This document shows positions 28,201 to 34,545 of a stretch of DNA of 64,000 bases, in pieces. Source of the DNA: Phycisphaerales bacterium (lineage in GTDB: Bacteria; Planctomycetota; Phycisphaerae; UBA1845; Fen-1342). The notes below the pieces were generated by a model that had not been told where the DNA came from, made no database searches, and was given only the letters and a program-made list of their open reading frames with translations. Position numbers and translations under genes: made by a program. The stretch lies in contig JAGQOO010000001.1 in NCBI GenBank assembly GCA_020427345.1, positions 8,922 to 72,921 on the forward strand, in the 5' to 3' direction. Position 1 is the first letter of the stretch. The number at the start of each line of letters is the position of its first letter.

Positions 28201-29903
28201 CGGAATCGCGACACGGGCGAATTCAGTTCGAAGAAATCGCGCAGCATGCCTTCGATCACCTGCGCGTTGGTCTGGATCTTGAAAATCTTCGTGTTACGCG
28301 GGTCGTAGAACTCGTCCTTCAGCACGTCCAGCAACTGCATGAACCGCTCGACATCCATCGCGAACCCGTTGATGCGAATCTTGTTCGCCTCGCCGACGAC
28401 GACGGGCAGCGCGCGATCCGGCATGCTCGGGGCGATCAGGTCGCGCACATCTTCGGCGCGGCGGTCTTTGATCTGAATCAGCACAGAAACGAACTGCAAC
28501 GGGCGCAGGTTCGCCGCCCGGAATGCCTCGATGCCGTCATAAATCTGCGTCGTCTCGAGGAATTTCGGAATATCCCCTTCGCGAAGCACGTACGTAAACC
28601 GCTCATCGGAGTACAGGAAATACCCCTGCATCAGCAGCAGGTAGTTCAACTCCTCAACAGCCTCTTCCTGCGTGAAGCGCTCCGTCGTTGTGTAGGTCAG
28701 GTCGCCGCCGATGATCGCATCCTCGGCGCCGAGCGCCGGTTTGCCGATACGCTCGATGAAGTACGCGATCACGTCCTCAAACGGCATTCCGTCAAACGCA
28801 AACCACTCGGTGCGACCATCCTCAGTGGGCGGCCGCGTGATCTGCACGTCCGGGGATTCGATCAACCGCGCAGAGTCCGTCAGACCGCCTTCGCCGATCT
28901 CCGGCTGTGCTTCACCGGCCGGATGAGTGGCGCGGTTGGGGCGGCGCGGCGATGTTCGCGTCGGCCGCTCCGGCGTCGGCTTGACCGGCTGCTTGTCACG
29001 TCCGCGATCGCGCGCGGTGCGCGGGGTTTGGCGTTCCGGCTTCTGGATCGGATCAATCCCGGGGTCGATCTCCGGCTGCCCGGTCGGCTGCTCCTCAACT
29101 ACGGGCGGTTCGGCGGGCGGGTCCTGCCCCGGCTCGACTACCGGCTGATCCTCGACCGGCTCGCCAGTCCCCTGCGACGCGTTGGGTTCGCCGGCGGGTG
29201 GCGGTGGCTCGTCAACCGGCTCCGTGGTCGGCGGCTCAATGTCAAGCCCCTCATCCGGAACGGCGGGCGAATCCCCGGTGTCCGGCACGGGTTGGGGGGC
29301 GACCGTCGGGGACTGTCGCCGACCTCGAGGCGCCGTCCGGGGGATCGTCGGATCCTCGGGATCGCCGGGGCGGATCTGCTGCTCGCCCTCAGCCTGGGCG
29401 GAGCCACTGTCGGCCAGATCACGCCGTCGAGCCTCTTCGCGGGCCTCGTTGGCGGCCCGAACTTTGTTCGCTGCTTCCGGGCGCACCTTCGACTTTTCGG
29501 CCGCGGCCGTGCCGGGCCGCGGGCGCGGTTTGGTGACGTCCGCCGTATTGATCGGCTTGACCGGGTTGGCCCGACCTTCCTTAGCTGGATCGCCATCGTC
29601 ATCAGACAGGCGCGTGGGGTTCTGCTTGTTTGTCTTGCGCGGCGGACGCTTCGATGGCGCCTTGGCGGGCTCCACGGGCTTGGCGGGGTCGGTCTTCGCC
29701 TCGTCGGCGGGCTTGGCCTCGGGCTTGGACTTGTCGTCGGCAGGTTTGTCTTCGACCGGTTTTTCCGGCTTGACGGGCTCAGCGCCCTTGGGCGGGTCGG
29801 CGGGCGGCTTGTCCTGACTGACCACGATTCCGGCCGCCAGCCATGCGCCGAGGATCAGGACGATCGGACCCACTACCGTTCTACGCTGTTGAGAAACCGA
29901 CAT
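16245..29903 (-). CDS. gspD: Giant secretin (GspD/PilQ family), 4,552 aa, with about 40 tandem Secretin_N-like modules
   Basis: Uninterrupted 13.66-kb ORF. The C-terminal secretin domain (nt ~16584-17297) contains NVLSRPQIVAMDGQQAIIDISNDVPYV, IPILGDVPILGLLASN and ELLLVLTPRVV. An N0-like domain (WFAFDGMPFEDVIAYFIERIGK) is present. Modules ending ...ADxRTNSLIVxA...LIxxLD recur about 41 times by eye. N-terminal TM helix followed by about 370 aa of P/K/E-rich disorder. Confidence 0.9.
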   Translation of the reverse strand: MSVSQQRRTVVGPIVLILGAWLAAGIVVSQDKPPADPPKGAEPVKPEKPVEDKPADDKSKPEAKPADEAKTDPAKPVEPAKAPSKRPPRKTNKQNPTRLSDDDGDPAKEGRANPVKPINTADVTKPRPRPGTAAAEKSKVRPEAANKVRAANEAREEARRRDLADSGSAQAEGEQQIRPGDPEDPTIPRTAPRGRRQSPTVAPQPVPDTGDSPAVPDEGLDIEPPTTEPVDEPPPPAGEPNASQGTGEPVEDQPVVEPGQDPPAEPPVVEEQPTGQPEIDPGIDPIQKPERQTPRTARDRGRDKQPVKPTPERPTRTSPRRPNRATHPAGEAQPEIGEGGLTDSARLIESPDVQITRPPTEDGRTEWFAFDGMPFEDVIAYFIERIGKPALGAEDAIIGGDLTYTTTERFTQEEAVEELNYLLLMQGYFLYSDERFTYVLREGDIPKFLETTQIYDGIEAFRAANLRPLQFVSVLIQIKDRRAEDVRDLIAPSMPDRALPVVVGEANKIRINGFAMDVERFMQLLDVLKDEFYDPRNTKIFKIQTNAQVIEGMLRDFFELNSPVSRFRTRATTQRSQPQPAAQQMDQESFDTLKIIADTRTNSIIAKGTPEELKEVESFIEQVDVKPEIGEFTTKVKVIQYADAEEVANLLNQIFEQEQGESRTPGRPVPQRGRTVRRQPNQPAQQNQANPEDIIVEDVFEKAKKTVRIVPDARRNAIVVYATDDGHKRVDELLEGIDQPVASNVQTFELKYADATEIEPLVQQIVQGAAPQRARGGGARGPSIVADTRQNALHVVADREDMTRVAEVIRDLDIEIPEDQRQNRHVVELVNVTPSRVAQVINPILSGNAGSAAPRGRGGRRAPSKAAPTSQVIPLDEAGLLIVVCTDDEWTEDVEPVIRDLDAKAVSDMPVTHTFQIEKGNAQSIADTLERFFRQYQHPTLGRSNSEITVTENGDIMVRAVQPAIDEMISLVQQLDVEPDGAPLVIIPLAYADAAEVAQYAQMLLPEDARGRRRGQGGGSGPSIEAEPATNSLIIRANTSTVDEVRAFVTDYEQRVAEQQPETRYYTPKFSNPREVASAIMSLHGGGGGGRGRNRGASDSRVQAFDSGPQLVVEAPVDKFPAIEALIAKLDDPAGQDIVIKTIRLPGQGQSVSSIASRLNNAFREQSRQQPNVVARFEADPTTETILVTASRSTLAEAERLLTEYQAIGEEIEQQIEFRTLEHANANDAANWLRDQLTPAVERQFGSTVARLIRVTGDDRTNRVILNAPQVAVQMGLSLLSQYDVESKGAPETPVEVKTFAVAGMDVSDLARNLERVLGNAPARPDKLRRVVSSDATTGTLIVSAPRDEFPEIERLVNEFVAKSEDVEPIRRNFHIDNAEAAYVADQLRNQLNVRVGYTRGRAAASLINVSVDTRLNNVLVNAPRYAMSMAEELIQELDQTATKTNQIRTIELANADAQHVFNVLQQVLREQIRTKRTLQISAEPMTNSIIVSGADEDFNDIESWAKALDERAANTSILLDTVELHNIMNPYELINVLNGKYNSRQTGKKANTEYAFYPVGGGSTLVVQAPAAKMDEVKALVAELDASAAQDDTPWVSIPLVNADPWEVSQTINEIFGASRRGQTRENQLVQVRPANGTLIVRAPEASLEQIRALVDMIDKPDEQNIQIKTYDLEVLDATQVAMQVQFFLRSMGQTQRRGQLQPGAFAEPTTNTLIVMAPARNLPFIDSMITKIEMKKPDTAEARSYELKFAKAEIVAQSLDQMLRAKAMESPAGRRGGAQGIPTSVVPDSDNNRVVVFAPPQLQDLADDLVKMMDTQSEGEITQIIEIENGSAEEIADTVRQTTGSGGFSGFFGGRGRGGRGFFPGFGSSGDSSVRVVADTGSNSIILSGRKEEIQKLYELIKELDTRSNAVPEFQIFALKYKRAPQMEELLSQMAPFKGADADSVSITADEWKNELLVSANKQMMRQVETYLQLLDKAPDEDATGLGDRELYFIKIVNGDAFDIAYDVSDMFPPESEGGPVIDSTWTGNQVKVICYPHEFERIEKMVRKIEAATPMSYVIKTFKPKASQRQFLDVLSAQNSPDIDVILPTGGVSETGPSIVEPLWDEGEVPERIRRKRARTEPTGARKEEKTNAGPTSSAASRDNDLARFAAWHSGPAAAGADLQAADEGRNAGDVVQGSSPPTSPDGRVQVVAMPDGTFVIKGPEMAVRDFEDRIDLIEEDLDEGEVIRIFEFRYGDVNTASRILDMMFNQRTAARQQVRPQLPNQRNQQGGDKGGEDDRQQQQQQQMLQQVMQQQQQAAAGAGGGSGLRIATDPGNNYLIVKCQASLLPEVRTLLRELDIPPGEVIIRLFRLENIGAEEAADALNGALGLGGRQGGRSTRALDNLRSRGGGSQIMDVEESRAVKIEGLEPAKIEATEIVPNAQSNTLLVSAPVEVMAVIQATIKELEDTPGGVIVVNRFELQNAKVSDVLPLLSELFANVSGGGDARGRGGSPSDIGPVWVSGDARINAIVYSCRERDVPRVEEQIRAVDIEGAMSEAETYVCQYGDATAIAGTAQEIYGGGSRGGGRRGSDVPLTDIRVSADPVSNSIIVWGPGDARREILATAKRLDELAKLDVREIPVNIANPEKLADKLAQMFGGIGGSELEGGQRRGGGSRQVASMTGRIVVIGDQAAKKIFVRAPDHIYKQMSEMALVLDQNSMGLEIRNFPLKHARAEEVVTQVEQAFAKYMMLSRQLEGGGGLDIDAFTAVPDTRTNSVTVLGSEQTFAFVKTLLAVADVETPEAQRKTFRVFSLQEANADVVAAAINNFASGASAEAAMQRGGGRNPMMAAMSGGSGGSGETLDVQAVAEPATNSVLVFGVSEDIDKVDNLIIQVLESSNRREIASFDVKNALPSEVVSSITPYLLDEATGLTAAVVTPNDDGHKIIVWGTQAQVGKAQRLIEEFDSPDLQQHGVRVIQIPLGQDAVSLAGRLQRVLNDGERARADATGRQARTITIEADDTTNTLLVYGDPAMYGMAEGIVRQLADIRPDDYQTVIIQLTNISSTEAADRINEMQNNRRGGGGGGSSSSIRPTSGRSSSGSSVRPRSGTRNRTPRSSMSAPTPSASPSASPPSPTPSRPVNVPRSTPRTNSGRRNRTEPGKPRVEAGAGGFGRFIATMWLQDAGDEPNDAELVADDTQAPGAEPAPSDGTPLQSISGQLRGDVVVTPIDSRQVMITGDRRDIDFVKQMLALMEQASSAGDIRVFKLKNTTAAAIEPIITTAITEFIGTRTDTPDRGDRFSVIAESRSNSLIVTASERNMPWIEALIQRLDVDSQIGFTTRVYAVQNLRAAEAVALLEPILQRLYTNQGIPAAEQPSVTADARSNKVIIVGTDAHLDQVEELLKGIDVDIEQDKSVAAFSTGRILILPLKNNRAEDLAEVLNQMIESDLARDNAQGRLLRQLLLTLGDGTELPPLNLDKPIRILPVASSNSLMVFSSEENNNALQEIVRVFDTLPEAHDIEIKSYRLEYAQAETVATLVQAMFDNGKKALMPPSESTQQSFDRGVMPPQPPGLAPRGLPYNVVVQHEARTNTVFVIGQTDAVLLAAGVIQELDRPSTEFRLQPEVIHLRQTQASQIAEQLTEVIDQRMQAIGVEANRARDGAILRADDRSNSLIVVAAPEMLEMVRTLATSLDDADASQIVATEMLGMQKADAVKLASLLQEMFDRRRESERDVSPDGQKNILHVLADNRTNSLLLVGTRDYLNEAKMYIDNLDRDAVPTTEVRLRPVLLGSASNIARLLQEMVDRSRSGGGAQGQQSEGTPIYIAADPYSNSLLLSAAREDMTQLERWIEILDKPLDPGGRVTRVIPVRRGDAEQLAQRAQEIYQVSGQQGAGSDVTVFHDPSTNAIVVVGPPIIVHDIESLLDQLDSAEARNNAVVKIYKLTQTDVELAGELLRNILGLEAGTVTGDGGGAGGAGSRTDEAGSAVNLILASRPDLKINGLPRGVRQNITVIDNTRTNEIVVIMPPESVELLDSLIAAVDQPPDAVPIRVIRLRNSDAEQMVTMLNDLFEQQQQSGQGAGGTSDIAVIGAAAGRQELRFTTEPRTNSIVAAGTEGYLDLLEELVIQLDSVEDQPRQQIVYNPRYSPPASLREQITQYNEGQQQILGELENQISATAKIERQIGVYSAEESNRLIVDFSPRRREEVLDLLNQLDQPPSQVMIEVLIVEVTVDNSLDLGVEFAFQDLQFTKAGPTDTTTFDFVGGTDLGAAGTGLGGFSFTITGADFNFLLRTLQNEGSLNVLSRPQIVAMDGQQAIIDISNDVPYVTGTSTSVAGQVTTQVARERIGIRLEVTPQINPDNFVRMEVHQEVSDLTDSTVDVGQGVTAPVFFRREAETTVSVRDAETVVLGGLITSRENRREQKIPILGDVPILGLLASNRTNETRRNELLLVLTPRVVRTVDDFRDVSVRARDESGILPPDVLSSRLMGNLRVRPERLAPTTADDTLGPFPGPRSPTPGAAPRNAGYDIPLGSRGGAPQLNGNAYEIPLTLQDQRKVKLTGSNTLTPQNK

Positions 29904-30078
29904 GCGTTTTCCTCTTGCCGCCGACGGTTGGACCGCCGGATGATGATGCGAAAGTCAATGTCGATGGCAGCCGCCGGTCGCGTCGGCGGTCGCAGGCTTA
30001 TACCGATGTCGCCGCGCTCAGATTGCGTCCGCGCCGAAGTCGCGCGCTCAGTCGCGACAAGCGCATCGGGCACGGGGC

Positions 30079-31293
30079 TTATGTATCGGGGCAGTTCGGC
30101 TCCGGCTGCGACGCCTCGCCGGAAAGCTCCCCTGTCGCGTCGTCCGGACGCTCTTCGGGCGAATCATCCGAATGGGCCCTGGACGGCTGGTTCCCGAACC
30201 GCGCCGCTCGGTATTCCGAGATCGCGGCAAGTTGCCGCGGATCGTCGGCGCTGAGTTCCTCGCGATCCGCCCACGTGGCGCCCAGCGGGTAGAAATAATA
30301 CCGCCTCGGCGCCGGCTCCGACACTTGCACGATCAGCCCGCTCGGGTGAACGAAAACAAGGCGGCCGTCGTCAAACTCCGCGCTTTCCGCGTACTTCTGC
30401 GGCGGCAGATCCAGCCGTCCGTCATCAATCACATACGCCGTGTAATGACCATGCATCGAACTGACGCCCGCGAGACGCTTCTGGTCGGCGTCGCGGCGAC
30501 GGTTGACGGGCGGCGGAGGAGGAGGCGGAGTTGTGTCCTGAGTGACTTCCGGTTCTTTGTGCGTGGGCGGTGGTGGCGGCGGCGGAGGCGGTGGCACATA
30601 CGACGCGAAGATGTTCTGCTTCCGCAGCGTCATGAACTGCTGCTCTGAAATCAGCGGCTCCTCGCGGCGGGCATGCAAGTTGTCGATCGGCTCGCGCGTG
30701 ATGCCCTTTACGTCATCCGGCAGGATGAGCGCTTCGATCTTGATGGTGACGTCCAGATCCGGGCCGGCCGGCGATCGCTCCGGCTGGTTCTTCCGCTTGT
30801 TCTTGGAGGCCGGCTGCACTTTCGAAGCCAGGTCGAGCGATGTGATCTTGACCAGGTACTGCCGGCTATATAGCGCGTCGATAAACTCAATCGTCTTGTC
30901 GTAGTTCGCGGTAAACCCGATATCAATCGGCAGCTCGACGAACCCCTTGCGATAGTCGGCCGGGCGCTTTTCCCCTTTTTGCGAAACCCTCGCCCCGCGA
31001 ATCCCCATGTCTTCCAGCAACTGGTTGATGTCCCGCCGAAACTCGTTCATGGCCTGGCCGGGATCATCGCCGATCGTCTGATTGACCATCGCCGCCCAAG
31101 CCTTCTTGAGTTGTTTTTCACCACCTGTGATTTGCTCGAGTCTCGCCTTGTCAGAGGTGAGGTCAGTGATTTCCTGATCCATGTTGCGCAGCGGCGTGAC
31201 GACGCCGCGCTGCACGACCTGCCACACACCAAGCACGATCACCATGCCGCCGGCGACAATCATCAGGAGTTTTTCTCGCGGAATCGCGTTCAT
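30079..31293 (-). CDS. PilO(GspM)-like protein fused through poly-Pro linkers to a PilP(GspC-HR)-like domain
   Basis: N-terminal TM helix (LLMIVAGGMVIVLGVWQVV) plus coiled coil. PilO-like core FVELPIDIGFTANYDKTIEFIDALYSRQYLVKITSLDL. Pro runs PPPPPPPPPP and PPPPPPP. C-terminal beta-rich LAGVSSMHGHYTAYVIDDGRLDL...GRLVFVHPSGLIVQV. Confidence 0.6.
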   Translation of the reverse strand: MNAIPREKLLMIVAGGMVIVLGVWQVVQRGVVTPLRNMDQEITDLTSDKARLEQITGGEKQLKKAWAAMVNQTIGDDPGQAMNEFRRDINQLLEDMGIRGARVSQKGEKRPADYRKGFVELPIDIGFTANYDKTIEFIDALYSRQYLVKITSLDLASKVQPASKNKRKNQPERSPAGPDLDVTIKIEALILPDDVKGITREPIDNLHARREEPLISEQQFMTLRKQNIFASYVPPPPPPPPPPTHKEPEVTQDTTPPPPPPPVNRRRDADQKRLAGVSSMHGHYTAYVIDDGRLDLPPQKYAESAEFDDGRLVFVHPSGLIVQVSEPAPRRYYFYPLGATWADREELSADDPRQLAAISEYRAARFGNQPSRAHSDDSPEERPDDATGELSGEASQPEPNCPDT

Positions 31294-31311
31294 CAGCGTT
31301 GATACTCCGGG

Positions 31312-32931
31312 CTATGTGTTGCGCAGGTGCGCTCGTCGTTCTTTCTCGCGCTGATCCGCCTTATCAATCCAATCGCGGACTTCCACGATGTCGATTGTCA
31401 CGGTCATCCGGCGCTGGAACTTCGCGTCGCTGGTCGCGCTCTGTTGTGCGTCACCGGCCTTGGCGCGATACAGGGGCTTTCCCTTGTCATCCATCAGCCG
31501 GCCGATCGCCTGCACCAGATTCAGCACGGTCGCCTGATCTTTGGCGTCGAGTTCGACTGTAATGGAGCCGTTATCCCTGGCGGTGAACTTCAATGCGAGC
31601 AGCGACTCCCTTGGCGTGCCGACCTGTCCGATCTCGTCAATCACCTGCGCGATCTGCGCTTGATGCCTGAGCCAGAGCGTGTCGATGCGCTCTTTGTCCC
31701 AGTCCTGCGCCTCCATCACGCGGACATCCAGCGCGCGGGCGGCCTTGGCCTCGTCGCGCAGCGTCGAGATGTCTTCCTTGAGCGTGTCGATCCGCTGTGA
31801 GCGCCCCCGAAACTCCGTTACCGTCCAGGCGATTAGCGCGACGGCGACAACCGCCGCCGCCAGGCCGGCCAGCCGCGTGCGTTTGATCAGCTCGGCGCGC
31901 GGCGGGATCGGTCGCTTGGGGTTCAGGAAGTCGAGTTCGAGGAGGCCCTCGCGGCTGAGCCCCCAGGCGAGGCCGAGCGTGGCTGAGAACGCTCGCAGTT
32001 TGATCGCGTCGTTTTCCGGCGCGCTGAGCACGGTTGTCGGGTCGTAGAAGTTGGTCGGCGTTTCAAACCGCGCTTCGACCGCCTCCAGCAGCCCCGCCTC
32101 GATGCCCGTTCCGCCGGCAATGATGATCTGATCGATGTGGCCATCGACCTCGCCGGCGCGATACGCCTGCAGCGTGCGCGTGATTTCCAGCATCAGATCG
32201 CGCACGGAGCCGGCTTCAAACTCGTCGGAGAGTTCGCGGTCGGTCAGTTCCGCCTTGGACGAGACGCGGCTGTCTTCCATCACCAGTTCGCCGAACTGGA
32301 ACGGCACGCCGACGTTCGCCGAGCGCGAGAACGCGAGGCGCTCGTTGCGAACCACGTCGATCTCGGTCATCGTCGGGCCGACATCCACTAACAGAACCGT
32401 GCGATCGCGCATCGCCGGCAGATGCCGCACGGCGACCATGTTCGCGTAAGGGCGCAGGCCGATCCGCGCCGGCGTCAGACCCGCCGCCGCGCAAGTGCGT
32501 TTGATATGCTCGAGCGCGTCCTTGCGCACCGCGGCCAGCAGCACCTGCGTCACTTTCTTGTCTTCGGTCTCGAAAATCGCGTAGTCGATTTCCGCGTCAT
32601 CCAGCGGAAACGGCAGTTCCTTCATCGCCTGAAATCGCACCGCCGCCGCGACTTCGCCGAGCGGTGTCGGGGGCAGTGTCAGCCGGTTAATCACAACGCG
32701 ATCGCGCGGGACATCGACAATCACGCGGCGATGGCTGAGGTTCCGGCGTTCGAGCGAGCGCTTGATGAAATCGCCCATGCTCTCCGGGTTTTCGGTGTCG
32801 ACATTCGCCGGCAGTCGTACTGAATGGGCGTCTTCCAGCGAGATATCGCCCCGGCCGATCTTCGCGACGAGCATGCGCAGCGAGCGTTTGTCCCAGTCGA
32901 GACACAGCACTTTGCGCGGCAGCTTGATCAA
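31312..32931 (-). CDS. PilM-PilN fusion (GspL-like) assembly-platform protein
   Basis: Actin-like ATPase fold signatures (VLCLDWDKRSLRMLV, VLLVDVGPTMTEIDVV, IIIAGGTGIEAG). Then LDFLNPKRP (PilN-type NLLP-like motif), a TM helix (LAGLAAAVVAVALIAWTV) and a periplasmic domain. Confidence 0.7.
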   Translation of the reverse strand: MIKLPRKVLCLDWDKRSLRMLVAKIGRGDISLEDAHSVRLPANVDTENPESMGDFIKRSLERRNLSHRRVIVDVPRDRVVINRLTLPPTPLGEVAAAVRFQAMKELPFPLDDAEIDYAIFETEDKKVTQVLLAAVRKDALEHIKRTCAAAGLTPARIGLRPYANMVAVRHLPAMRDRTVLLVDVGPTMTEIDVVRNERLAFSRSANVGVPFQFGELVMEDSRVSSKAELTDRELSDEFEAGSVRDLMLEITRTLQAYRAGEVDGHIDQIIIAGGTGIEAGLLEAVEARFETPTNFYDPTTVLSAPENDAIKLRAFSATLGLAWGLSREGLLELDFLNPKRPIPPRAELIKRTRLAGLAAAVVAVALIAWTVTEFRGRSQRIDTLKEDISTLRDEAKAARALDVRVMEAQDWDKERIDTLWLRHQAQIAQVIDEIGQVGTPRESLLALKFTARDNGSITVELDAKDQATVLNLVQAIGRLMDDKGKPLYRAKAGDAQQSATSDAKFQRRMTVTIDIVEVRDWIDKADQREKERRAHLRNT

Positions 32932-32946
32932 AACGGCGCTCCCTGT

Positions 32947-34545
32947 TTACTGCGGCATTTCCAGTTGAAGCGTGTCGTCATCCAGCGGCCACGCCAGCCC
33001 CAACTGCGTCAACTCGCGATGATATCGGATTTGCGGCAACGGGCCGATCATCTCGAAGATCCACTCGAACCGGCGCGAGATCTTCGTATGATCCGCGTAT
33101 CCGACGCACTCCACATGAAACTGATACGCCTTTGTAGTGGCCAGGGGCGCAAACTGCTGGAAGGTCGGCACGCTGACGACGCCGGCCGTGACCGGCCAGG
33201 CGACGGTGCGAAGGGCCTGCGGGTCGTTTTCGCGAAGGTCATTGCGCGTGGCAATCATCGCGGCGACGATCTCGTCATTCACGCCGGGCAATAAACGCAG
33301 AATCCGAGCCGGAGCCACGTTGATATTGATCCGACCCGGAATCAGCCCCTGCTGCTGCGCCGGCGGAACAACAGTAAACCGGTCCATCAGAAACGGCAGC
33401 TCTTCGAGCGTGATTGGGCTGCCGGCGAGCGCCCCGCCGGGCGCAGGCGTGTTGCTTTCTGACTCGGTCGGCGGCGCGCCGGCGCCGGCATACAAGTCCG
33501 CCGGGCTTCGGAGCGACTGCACCGTCTGCTGGTCAAGCGCGCTGATGAACGCCAATGACGCTTGGCTCAGCGGGACTTCATTCGGCACGCGGTTCGGATC
33601 CTCGTCCTTGCGCTTCTGCCAATCCGCCATGCCGGTTTGAATCGCCGCCGCGCCGCCGTTGATATTGATCCGGCGTTGATTGTCCGTCGCCACCTCGGGC
33701 TCGCCCGACCACACTGTGAGAAATGGCGCGATGCCGGGATTCAGAATCCCGTCGGCGTTGTCATAGAACGGAAAACTCGCGTCGCCATCGTCCTCGTTCT
33801 GGTCGAGGATGCCATTGCGGTTGACGTCTTCGCCATACAGGATCGCGGCGGTCACGTTCTTGACGAGCAGCAGTTCCTCAACGGTGTCAAACGGCCCGTT
33901 CTTGACGGCGTACGGCGGCTCAAGCGTGCTGTAGTATTCCGTTTCGGCGCCGTTTGCCCGCGCCTCATCGTCGTCGTCGCGCCAGTCGAGGATGGCGTCG
34001 ATAATCTGCTCGACGTTGTCGATCTGGAGGTCCGTGAGGATTGGCGTGATCAACGCCGCGATCTGCTCGTCGCTGGCGACATTAATGTTCAACTTGGCGG
34101 ATTCCGGCGTTGGACCGAAACGAATAAAACGCTGATCGGTCGACGTCGCCATGTCGTAGGCCGCCGCGACGATCGAATAGCGCCAGGCCCGGACGATCGG
34201 ATCGCCCGACTGAAACATATCGAGGCGCGACCCGAGTTCGCGGACCGGGTCGGATTGGCGATCGTAGCTTTCCGCCCAGACCAGGCCGTGATGGAACAAA
34301 TCCGGGCGATGCCACCAGACGGACGGATCGTCGCGCTTCCAGCGCAACAGCGCGATCAGTTCCTGATAGCCGGACTCCGCCGCCAGCTTCGCCTGCTGCA
34401 TATCGTTGGCCGCATAGCCGCCCTGCATCTCGGCGCGAACGAAGAAGAGGAACCCGCCCAAGGTGACAATCAGCAACCCGATCACGACCAGCGTGACCGG
34501 CAAAATGAACGCCCGGCGGCGGCAATTCGCAAGTCGCGACATCAC
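32947..34545 (-). CDS. gspK: GspK-like minor pseudopilin
   Basis: N-terminus RRRAFILPVTLVVIGLLIV has the pseudopilin helix without Glu+5, as in GspK. Large size (532 aa). HhH-like INVASDEQIAALI and RININVAPARILRLLPGV. Confidence 0.8.
   Translation of the reverse strand: MMSRLANCRRRAFILPVTLVVIGLLIVTLGGFLFFVRAEMQGGYAANDMQQAKLAAESGYQELIALLRWKRDDPSVWWHRPDLFHHGLVWAESYDRQSDPVRELGSRLDMFQSGDPIVRAWRYSIVAAAYDMATSTDQRFIRFGPTPESAKLNINVASDEQIAALITPILTDLQIDNVEQIIDAILDWRDDDDEARANGAETEYYSTLEPPYAVKNGPFDTVEELLLVKNVTAAILYGEDVNRNGILDQNEDDGDASFPFYDNADGILNPGIAPFLTVWSGEPEVATDNQRRININGGAAAIQTGMADWQKRKDEDPNRVPNEVPLSQASLAFISALDQQTVQSLRSPADLYAGAGAPPTESESNTPAPGGALAGSPITLEELPFLMDRFTVVPPAQQQGLIPGRININVAPARILRLLPGVNDEIVAAMIATRNDLRENDPQALRTVAWPVTAGVVSVPTFQQFAPLATTKAYQFHVECVGYADHTKISRRFEWIFEMIGPLPQIRYHRELTQLGLAWPLDDDTLQLEMPQ

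Noticed and set aside
26172-30254. 1,360-aa ORF on the plus strand, with other long plus-strand ORFs at 17.3-26 kb such as 24627..26045 and 18120..18947
   Set aside because: They are antisense to the secretin gene. The translations are Arg/Gly/Ala-rich with no motifs, while the minus-strand frame shows recognisable domain repeats throughout. This is a typical GC-rich shadow-ORF artefact.
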